64,000 nt of DNA from positions 22,122,767 through 22,186,766 of the forward strand of contig OZ037766.1 of NCBI GenBank assembly GCA_964035545.1, read 5' to 3'. A program made the position numbers and the translations under genes. The first letter of the stretch is position 1. Each line of letters opens with the position of its first letter. Of this stretch, positions 37,701-49,700 are shown piece after piece. This DNA is from Bugula neritina. Its lineage: Eukaryota; Animalia; Bryozoa. The notes under the pieces were generated by a model that was not told the DNA's origin, did not search any database, and worked only from the letters and a program-made list of their open reading frames with translations.

Positions 37701-40700
37701 GTATCTACTGCAGGAAGTTAACCACGGTGCTCACCAATAACCTGGATAACGTGGACATCCCGGACAACCAAGATATTCTGTATAGAAGTTTCAAATCTAT
37801 AGTCTACATCATGAAGTTAATCATCAGATCTTGGCTCTTGTTTGCTGCGTAAGTCTCTCCTCCATCTTTATACAGACTTAACTGACTCAATGAATCTGTA
37901 GGGTACCTGGGAGTGTTGTGTTATGTTGTTACTGTATGCCATAATAATATACTATATTGTAATATATGGTAGCAAATATTATATTATGTCATAAAATAAC
38001 TTCTCACCTATCTCCGCTTTGTCCAGTTCGGGTAGCGGGTATGTCATAAAATAAATATATAATATATATTACTACTGTATGATAATATATATAATATTAA
38101 GTATTATATAAATAGCTAATAGGATAATAAAGTGCTAGTTGACAATAATAGAGTAGTGAAAGTTTCTCACTATATTGTTAATATATTATACTGCTTAAAA
38201 TTATCTTATAGCTGCATAATACCTAGTGTTACTATATATTTCGTAGACTGTACGACAACAAGGGTTCTGTACAGTTTGAAGTGTCAATGAGGCAATTGTT
38301 TCAGTCCATAGCTACAATGATGTGTCAAGACACCAACCACACCCTTAAAATACAGGTAATTAGACAAACACTGCATCTGTTTTATTACTAAAAAGATATT
38401 TTTGCACAATAAATCATAACTATTCTAAGCAGAATAACTACTGGTATATAAGTTAATATACTGTTTTTTTGTTGACAAAAGTTATATAAGTAATGCCTTG
38501 TGTTCTAGCATCTACCTCATACTTTGTAGGGAGCCGTCTTGAAGTTCCTACCTGGTGTAATCCCCGATTTAGTGAGAGACAAGGCTATGGACCGAAATGA
38601 GTTGGCTAGTCTTCTGATACAGATGATTCAGAATGTTCCTAAAGACCGTCTTTCAAACCAGAAACTTGTATTCATATTAGATATAGTCAATAGTCCTCTC
38701 TTCAAGTTTGCAGGTCTATACTCGTATATAACCTTCTGTCTACATACGTGGTAGTTTCTCTATTAAAATGGCTTATATAATGGTAGCTCTCTGTAATACA
38801 CAGCAAGTTTTTAGTTAAGTTGCCACTCAGGGCTTTCAAAGTTTGCTTTGTTAAATAGGTTAATGGGTTAGTTGGAACCCCACTAACGATAATGTTTAAT
38901 TGCATTGAATTTATTGTAACTAACATTTTGTTTGATAATTAATGCTGCTTTTATTGACCAATATTCTTTTACTGAAAACTTAACTATGCATGTCTTTTTC
39001 TACAGCAGCTATATCTTTACTAACAAAATTCACAACACGTATTTAGGTGTTCTGATAATTGTAGGTAGTTAAGTAGTACAGGCAAGTTTAATAGATGTCA
39101 CTGTTAATATGCAGAGGATTTGGTGTTTGCTTTATAGAGCCAAGGCAAATGTTACTGCTAGTCATAGTAGAACATGTTGACATTGTCATCTCTAATCAGT
39201 CTAAAGAACTTGATGTCTGCGCCAAGATTGTGGCCGACATAGTACACCAGACTTGTACCATTCCTTCTGCACGTGAAGATCTCAGGCTACTGTTCAAAGA
39301 GCGAGACTTGCTAAGGACAATCATACAGACCGTTATAAACATGGACCGAAGCAGCTCACTAGCTGTGAGTCTACTCTATATAATGTTGCTATACAAGCTT
39401 TGTAGTTCTGAAAGCCATTGTTTAGACATGTTTGTTTGAATTTTAAAGGATATTGTAGGTGTTTTCTGAAGATTATCAGAACAAATAAGATGAATTTAGG
39501 TTTGTGGATAATCATTAAACAAAAACGCAGTATTTTTATTTTTGTAAATACCATATGTCAGGATACATAATTGCAACTTCATATTTTATGAGACTAAGCA
39601 AATAGGTTTGTGGGTTCATTATGCATACTTCTTGGGATTGTATTATTGATTCAGCTATATATATTATAAAGAAAATGATATCTTGATATTGGGATATGAG
39701 CCCCAAAATTGGCTTGTTATGTTTTAGGTATGTTTTGTGTGGTTTCTTCTGTGAGTAATTACTCCCCCAAGGTTGTAGAATATCTGAGAGTGTTAAGAGC
39801 TCATGCGTGAGTTGTCTGTTAAGTATTTTAAATGTCACTTAAAGCTGAGTTTGTTATTGTTATTTTCTTGTAGCAAGATTACACGGCCATCATGATAGCC
39901 ATTCTGAGACAGATGTCCGATACTCACTATAGTATATACCTGGACACCATTCCAGAACCTGAACATGCCCACACTTACCAGAACTTGGCCGATTTTCTCA
40001 CAGAAATAATTATGGTCTTTCAAGATCTTATCAAAGCGTGCGTCTTTCCTCCTGATTGGAATGAGATGATTATGGTGCAGAACCAAGTCTTTCTCAAGGT
40101 GGGTTTATTCATACATGCCGCCTGTTGTAGGAATCATTAATTCTCTTTTCGACTCAAAACAACTCCATACAATCTATTTTGTAGTTGACAATTCGCAAAC
40201 ACGGTTATAAAGTGTAAAAATGATTTTCAATCAGCTGCAATCAATGAGTGTCATTTCCGCATTGAGCTGGAGCTTTTATTTGACAAAATATTATTATGTA
40301 CACTTGTTATTATGTTTCAAGATATTTAAATAAGTTTTGGCAAATACACACATATATGGCATAACAATGTATGATAAAGATTGTGTGCTACAATAATAAT
40401 ACAATATTTGTATCGTATATATATTCCAAATATTGTAGTAAAGTGTGAGCACATGTTTACTTGTGTGTTTATGTATATTCTATAATATATTATTTATTTA
40501 TATTAAATATATGTAGTTTTATTGGTAACTGCAGGCACTCAGATGTTTCTCGCAAACAATAAAAGAAAAGTTTTCAACGCCCTTTGAACAGCAGTTATGG
40601 AATAACTTCTTCCATTGCGCCATCTCGTTTCTCACACAAGATGCCTTGCAGTTAGAGAACTTCTCATCGTCAAAGAAAAGGAAGATCATTGCCAGGTATT

Positions 40701-43700
40701 GCCAGACCATGGTATTTTTCTGTTCAGTATTGTCAGACAATAAGTGGAGTGTGAGCTTGTAATGTGCCTCTGCACTAGTTTGCCTCATTCCGCTGATACT
40801 GGTAAACTACAGTGCCATTATAGTATGGGTTTCTTTTATTATGAATGTACTAAAAATCACTTTATAGTCTAGGCCCTGGAAATGTATTCAGACACTTTAG
40901 TTTACTAATACCCACTTCTTTCGATGAGTACATTTCTGATGAACTACTCGTACCTAATATTCATAAAACAATGGGCAGGTGGGCTAGTGACCACAGTTGT
41001 GAAAGTGCAGTGTTGTTTGAGCAGACTAGTGACAAACAGATTTATATCTCTGCTGCTCAACTCACTACAATATTGCTCAATAAACAACTAATAGTCAAAA
41101 GTAGTTTCAAGTATCTTTTTAAATAATTACCATGAGGAATATTTTTTACGAGATTTACTGAAGGGAATAACATATTTGTTTCCTGGATAAAAGTTTTCCT
41201 AGCGTTATTTGAATTTTATGTAACAAGTAAAGTCTTGCATCTTTCAGAGTCTGCACTTAGATAGATCAAAGAATTGTCTTGTTATAGAACACCACATTTA
41301 ATCGATGATTTGGTAGTAAGTAGATGTGAAAAAGATTTTGCTCCACCATTTTCTTTTAAATAGCAAATTGACTAATTAAGTTTTATGATTTTCTCACAAA
41401 AGTTGTAGCGTATAGAAGGGTGTGTAATTGAGGCTGGTTTGTGTTAGATTATGCAGTATGGGGGAGGCTTTACTTCTATATTTACTAATAGAGAATTCAT
41501 TATAAATACAACAAGATTTGATAATGTTACTAATGTACTACAGGTACAAAGATATGAGAAGAGCTATGGGCTTTGAGATACGCTCAATGTGGTCTAATCT
41601 AGGTAAGACTATGTTGACCTGCTCAGTTATATCAAAGTCACGATAGTACTTTTTATAGTATCGTGTTTTTATGTTATTTTACCTTTTTTTTATTTATTCT
41701 TGTATTAAATTCAACTATTATAGGGTAACTAACTAACAAAAAGCAACTGTCTACTGCAGACTCATAAAGTACTGTTTATATTTAATTAATACATGGTGAC
41801 ATATTTTATCAATTTTCTAAATAAAAATTGTGTTTGTGGCTGTATAAATGTGGTGCTGGGCGTATTTTCAACCAGCAGTTCGTAAAAAAGAATAAGAAAA
41901 TTTTTTTTACTGCATCAAAAGCTAGCTAATCCCATTTGTTGTGTCTGTTACAACATGTAACAGCATACTAGTTTATGTTAACAGTGCTAATAGTTTTGTT
42001 ATGCTGCAGGTCAGAAAAAAATCAGATTTATTCCAGAACTGGTTGGACCAATTCTGGAGATGACTCTCATTCCAGAAACAGGTGAGTGACTGTAGTAAGA
42101 GGAGTGATAATCATTTATCCATTTTGTTGCTGAAAAGTAAGGAACTGGGTCTAACTTATAGTCACAGAGCCTACAAGTTTTAGTCTTAGCACCTTAAGGG
42201 TTTGATTATAGTGGAATGCAGTGTGTGCAGAACTGATTCCCTTCTTTTGATCTGGTCAACAGTGTTGGAACCTAGTGAGCTAAGACAGTGTCACCAAGGG
42301 TAACCAGATTGTAGGTTTTATATTAAATTGCCTGCCATGGCTGATGAGCCATATCTACTCTTAATGGAAAGAGGATGTGTGACACTGGTGGAAAGTGGGG
42401 GCCTGATACAGGTGTCATTGGCTTACGCGATTATCAATAGCTGAGACCGAGCTGGCCCTGACCGATCTTTAATATTTAGTAGTATAACTAAAATGGTGTT
42501 GGACAAGATGTAACACTGGTGTTGTTGTGATTTCAGAGTTGAGGAAAGCCACTCTGCCAATATTCTTTGACATGATGCAATGCGAGTTCTATCAGATGGT
42601 TCGAACGCCCCACGGTGACGTAATGAACGGGAATTTCAGGCAGGTTAGTGCTAGTTTCTTTTATCGGCTGTGAAAATTCTACTTGTATTTTTAAACCTCC
42701 TGAAAAGTTAGTTTCCTTTTCCTGTTGCAGTTTGAGAATGAGCTGATTACTCAGATGGATGTTCAGGTGGAAGGAGGTCATGGTGATGAACAGTACATAG
42801 AGCTTTTCTATGTTACGTGAGTCTATAACAATTACTTTAGATAACCCGATTGTTAGATAGTACAGAGCTACGGCATTGCTATTAGATAGTACCATGTGGC
42901 ATGTACTATCTAATACTGTCTCCTAGCATTACAGTAGCCTACCTATTGTAAGCACTAAGCCTATACTTCCATATAATATTTTGCAAGTATGGGGGGGGGT
43001 GTTTTTCCCAGCTACTGTTATTGATGGGGGCTAAAGCTTGGTCCTCCCCTTTTTCCTATTAACAAGGTCTGGGGCTAGAGTTTAGATTGGAGTTATTTTC
43101 CTACAACAGAATATGGACTAGCTCAACATTTTGACATAGTTTACATGTCTCTCTTCTGAATTTTAGTCGGCTAGTTATGTTTTTAGGCTGTTTTAGGCAT
43201 TGCTATGACACTTGATCTCTAAATTAATCTAGTGCATGATGCAATCTCTCTGGTGTGTGGAGCACTTAGTCTATATATCTGAACTCAGTGTAGCTATGAA
43301 CATTTTATTATTCACTTATAAATATATGCTGTTATGCAGTCACATTTGCTATGAAGTACAACAAGACAAAATTGTTTCAAATTCAACATTCTAAGTCAAA
43401 GAAAAAACACATTTTCATTTATATTTACTCAGCATGAACACAGAAAAACAGTGAAAGTGTGGCAGTCACAACATAACATAGATTTGAAAGCTGTAACCTG
43501 ATTGTAATAATTGAAATTAAAAGATCAATAAATATCTATTGCATACGGAGATGGTAAAAATGGCTGTTTATTTTGAGACTTTAATATCTGGTTTGTGCTA
43601 TATTATTCCTTATGATTTCATACAGTGGTTGTAGCCAGAGTGGCTGTTTTTATAGATAATGTCTTGTTTGTTTTAGCTATAGATAAATTGTTATACTTCA

Positions 43701-46700
43701 AACATTTTCTGTGTCAAACTTCAACAACTTGACCTTACTTTTGAGAGTGGCATTTTAGATATTTCTGTTAGTTAAATTAAAGTTGGTTTTCAGTTTCTAT
43801 ATTTAGTGATGCTTTGCAACTTGTTTCATCTTCATGCCTCATGTTGATACACGAGCATATGCCTTGGTCCCAAATTCTTTTCATTAGCTATGGTAGTGAT
43901 GTTGTCACAGTACAAATACAACCTTTATCAATACTTGACATGTGGATGGCATATAGCATGTCATCTGAAAACCGAGAGACTGGCTTGCCTGCGGAAATTA
44001 CCAAATGTATTATGCCCCAGCTCACAACTAGCCCGGGTGGCTCAGTCGGTAGAGCATGGGACTCTTAATCCCAGGGTCGTGGGTTCGAGCCCCACCTCGG
44101 GCGATCTTTTTTTATTAATTTAATACATTAATTTCTAATATGGCCTCAATATTTTAAATTACCAACTCTCGACACCTTACTTTTGGTTTTAGAATTCATG
44201 AACCTTGTGCAAAGCATCAAGTTATGAGGGATCAAGGCTTACGGTTTGTAGAGGTGATAAAGAAACTATTGATGAGATTATTAGAGTACAGGACTATCAT
44301 CCATGATGAGAATAAAGACAATAGGATGAACTGTATAGTCAACCTACTAGTAAGTTATTACTACAGTGTGTCATTTTCATCTGTTTACAAATGTAGGTTT
44401 TGCAGTTCTGCAAACAATAAAGGGTGTGGACGCTGCCATACTATCCCTGCACAGGAAGTTTGAAAGTAAGGTTTTTCTCACAGTTTTGTTGCGTTTTAAA
44501 TTAAAAAGTATATCTTTTCAGTCTTTTATTAATAACGCTGTTGGTGCTACTATACTCATAATTATTTTCATATAAGTAAGGCTGATCTCTACAATAAAAT
44601 ATTTGGTTACCTAATATTTTTTATTTTTTGAATGGAAATCTAATGGTAATTTTAAATTTTTTATATATTTTCTGGCTATTATTTTGTAGAACTTCTACAG
44701 GGACATAGACAGGCAGGAGATGTACATCAGATACCTGCATAAACTGTGTGACTTACACCTGGAGTGTAACAACTTTACTGAGGCAGCCTGTACGCTCATG
44801 TTATACACACGACTACTTAGAGTATGTTTAATGTTTATACACCTACTTTACACATGTATATGCTTAGTATATACATACATTTACTGTATATACATACACT
44901 TACTGTATATACATACACTTACTATGTACATACACTTACTATGTGCATACACTTACTATACACATACACTTACTATATACATGTACTTACTATAGACATA
45001 CACTTACTATATACATACACTTACTGTATATACATACACTTACTATATACATACACTTACTATATACATGCACTTACTATATATACACTTACTGTATACA
45101 TACACTTACTGTATATACATGCACTTCCTATAGACATATAATTACTATATGCATGCACTTACTATATATACACTTACTGTATATACATACACTTACTATA
45201 TATACACTTACTGTGTATACATACACTTACTATCTACATACACTGTATATACATACACTTACTATATACATACACTTACTATTACTTACTATATATACGT
45301 ACACTTACTCTATGCATACACATACTATACACTGGCACTAAAGCATCATTGTATCATGTTAGCATAGACATTATGTATATGTTTCAGTGGTCAGATGATC
45401 ATCTAGAGTCAATGCTGCGTAGTGACAATTTCCCAGATGCTCAGACACACCGAGAGCTCAAAGAACTGCTTTACCACCGAATTATTGATCACTTTGACAA
45501 AGGAAAGGTTTGTATGTTTAAACTTACTGGAGACCAATAAATTGTTTGGTTATGGGTTACTTTTGCTGTGTTTTCTCTATTTCTTATTGGAATGCAATAA
45601 CATCACGATGTTTCCACTCTCACAAATTCCACTTAAAAATTGGTTCAATGGGAAAAGCATACCAAGTTTTCTGTCATTACAAAAAATATTATTTTAAGTT
45701 TTATTTTTAGCGCATCTTTCATATGTAGTCATTGTAAATAGATAGGTTTTTGCTAACATTGCCAGCATTTAGAAAATATTCATTCAAATTTCAAATGTTC
45801 TTGAATAATTCTTAGAAAAAATATCAAGGTTTGTAATTTCGATTATTACCATTTATGTTGTCAATAAAGTTGAATTTATAGATTAGAGGGCATGTTTAGC
45901 TATTAAATGAAGTTATTTTATTTAGTTTGATTTCAATGAGTATCAATGAAAGTACTCTAAACATGGAATAAAAATGAAAGCCAGTATTTGTTTAAGAAGA
46001 TATAAAATAATCTTTATTATTGACTTTTTTCAGATGTGGGAGAAGGCAATAGAGCTGTGCAAAGAGCTGATAGCTCAGTACGAGTTTGAGATGTTTGATT
46101 ACCACAAGCTGACTGCTATGCTGGTGTGTATTTATCTTAACTAATAGTTTCAACAATTAAATTTAATTCAAGTAAACTCGCGCAATTTTACAGTTGCTAT
46201 CCTTGTAAGAAACCCCTGATGGAAAGGGTTTTTGTTAAAACGGGCTAAGGACTTATTTAAATGAGGCACAGGGGCAATTATGACTGGGTGCTCTTCCTAA
46301 CATCACCAATCGCCTTTGTCCGGCTCAAACCCATGATCTCATGTTTACTAGGCAAATGCTCTAACCCTTAGACCACGGGTGCTCCCAAATTGATTTAATT
46401 CAAGTAGTAAAGTTTATATTTGAGGAAATCTTGAGGAAAATTTTTTCAGAAAGTAAAAGTTATCCTTATTTCGACTGTTATTTTGGATTACTTGCAGCGC
46501 AAGCAAGCTGATCAGTACAATAAGATCCAGAGTGAAACTAGGCATCCACCCAACTACTATAGAGTCAGTTACTATGGCAACGGGTTCCCAGCTTTTCTCA
46601 GCAACAAAACGTTTATCTACCGAGGCAAGGAGTACGAGATGCTGGGGGAATTCTCTTCACGTATCAGAGAAGTGTTTCCTAATGCTAAAGTTTTATCAAC

Positions 46701-49700
46701 TCTCAATCCTCCCAACCATGAGATCTTAGAGTCAGCTGGTAAATGTATCCTTTCAGAAACCATTTGCAGCTTTTATATGGCAGTACAGCATCTAGTTGTA
46801 CTAATTAGAGTATTGGGCATTTAACTTAATAATTTATTTAAACTTACATATTGCATGTACAAGTTACTTGACAGCATAATAAGCATTCACTTTAATATTT
46901 GGACTGCTGGAGAAAAGAGGAGACAACTCTGTGTCTGGTTTTTGTAACCCTATGCAGGATAATTAAATTTCCTTAACATTGTGGTTCAGTTCTGCAAATC
47001 AATGCAGTAAACCCTGTATTCAAACCCCAGCCACAGTTTGTAGGCAAGACTGTGAGTGAGCAGATTCTCAAATACTGGAAGTCCAATGAGGTGGACCTGT
47101 TCACTTACTCTCGACCTCTGAACCCCAAGAAGACTGGCGAGATATCTGTAAGTATTGTTACATTGGTGAGACATCAGTGAGTAGGAAAAAGTCTGTAATC
47201 AAATACTTGGAATAACCAGTTGATTCTGGGTAATAAAACTCAATTATATAATAGCAAAGAGATTTTGCAGAGTTATTGTAAAGTAAATTATCTCTATTTC
47301 TGCTCAACTATTAGAAAGATGGCAATGCATACACAGTTAATCTTTAAAAACTACAAATATATATATAATTATTATTGGAATCATAAACTCCTATGACTGG
47401 TTTGTAATAAGAACTATGAAACATGGTTTGCTAATTAAATGTGGTCGACTATTTTTAAGGACATGTGGCTAGAGAAGACTGATCTTAGAACCGAGTCTAT
47501 ACTTCCTGGAATATTACGGTGGTTTCCTGTGATAGAGCACCATACTGTGAGTAGTCTTTACAACTTGTAGCATTTTACCATTTAACAACGGCCTACACAA
47601 GTTGTAATTTACAATGCACATATAGGTTGGTAGTTATCTTCTCTATGACATTTCTGTTGCTGTAGTATAAAGTAAGTCCTCTAGAGAATGCCATAGAAAA
47701 CATGGACTCTACAAACACTAAGCTGCAGATAATCATAGAGGATCATCTTCGACAACCCGAGCTGCAGGTAAACCCTCTCAGCATGCTGCTTAACGGAATC
47801 TGTGACGCTGCCGTGAATGGAGGCTTGGCTAATTATAAGGTATGCTCAACATTTCTGTAGGCATTTGGCATTTTCTGTATCAATAATTTTACGTTTATCA
47901 CAGCTGAGTATTATGATATACATAAAAATGTATGTGTATGTGTATTAGACTATGCTGCTAGTCTCTCATTAAAATGGAATGAATGTATTCAAGTTCAGTG
48001 TAGCTGCTTCTATTTTTAGCCATTTTTCTCGGGCGAGTACACAACTAATGGTGAGAGTGATGAGGAGCCCCGTCGTACTAAAAAGGAGCAGTCAGAGCTT
48101 ATATACAAACTTAAAAATCTCACAACCCAACAGGTAGGTCTTGTATAATAACACCATAACATATGCTTTTCTTCTTACTCATAACACGTATTGTTTTATT
48201 TCTAAGTAATATAGTAGCATGCTGATATTTTTTTGAGAATATAGGGGAAATGTTCATACAACTTGTTTTATTCTTCAGATGATTGAATAACATCATGTTT
48301 TACTTGTGCCATGTTATAGAAAAGTTTGTTTTTACAAAAGTATTTCGTATATAGAAGCAATGACATCCATTTCAGAAGTTTGTGTACCTGGTTGAAATAT
48401 TTGATTACGAACATAATTTATCACATGACTTAATAAAAGTAGTTTGAAAGTTGCCCATGTTGCACTCTTTAAGTTTTGGGTTTTCGTAGCTACGTATTAC
48501 ATTATATTATAGGTGAGTTATTTGTACATTTCTTATTTAAAAGTTGTTTAAAGCAACAATTTATTAGCAATAAAATATGTTTTAGTCAAGTTTCAGTGTT
48601 TTTAGAGTTGCATGCTCTTCGCATACTGTCTATTGATGCAATGGATATTTTATGCGTTCGACACACTGTTGTAGGAATATTACTTATTTATTTGTGTTGT
48701 GTGAATATTATTAGCTAATGCTATTGGCTGAAGGGCTGAATGTACACAACGACAAATGTCCCGAATCGTTACGGCCGTTTCACGACAACATGGTGACTCA
48801 GTTCAATAAGTTGGTGGACTTTGTGAAGACAGAGTATAGCATTGTGGTAAGCGTAGTTACACATGTGTCACTCCAGTAACTCAGCTGTGTTTCTGTTGAG
48901 ATACCATAGTAATGAAAGTGGCCTTGCAACAGTATAAACTATAACATGATATACTAGTCAAGGTTTCGTAGTAATTCATGCGTTGTTACAATGTTGCAAT
49001 GCTGATGGAGCTAATTATACATGTATTGGTTAATAAAACAGCTTGCCTTTAGAGCATACTGTTTTTCTTTACAGCCTCCACAAGGCTCTGTGAGTGTGCG
49101 TGCACAAAAGTCCATGTCACACATGCAGTTCCAAAAAGCACACTCTAAATCCAGTTTACTGAGCAGTTATGGACAGTAAGTGTTACATTAATTACTTAAA
49201 ATAGAACAAGATATGTCGAGTCTGAGGAATATATCAAGTTGTGACATTAGTATGCTGTAGTATAACTAATGCTGTTTACGACAGATCTAACTTGACACAA
49301 GATGCTACAGTCACGCAACGTAAGACGAGCACCCCTGAGAAACTTATTCGCACTTCTTCTGGAGGAGGTCTTTTCAAACCCTCCATAATAAGAGATTCAC
49401 TGTCTTCACCTGGTAAAGGTACTCAGTCTATTATCTATAATCTACTGTCAATAAGCACATCTCTGATAATAAATGTCACTTTAATGGTTTCAAATAAATG
49501 ACGAGCAGTTTTTTAAGTCAAAAACAAAATGTCTGCTCATATTCTGTCATGGCACAGTCCAAACAGTATCTTTGCGTTGTGATTTATTGCCTTTTATTAC
49601 ATTTTTTGTATTACAATATTCATTGATATTCTTAGTAAAAAGACCAATCTGTGTGCTATGTCATGCATCATGTGATCAAAGGTGGATAGCAATTATTGCT

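Noticed and set aside
42947-43108. Possible solo LTR (TGTAAG...CAACA)
   Set aside because: No matching target-site duplication and no similarity to the LTRs in this window.
44824-45367. His/Thr/Tyr-rich ORFs
   Set aside because: Produced by an intronic minisatellite; the flanking DOCK exons splice across it in frame.
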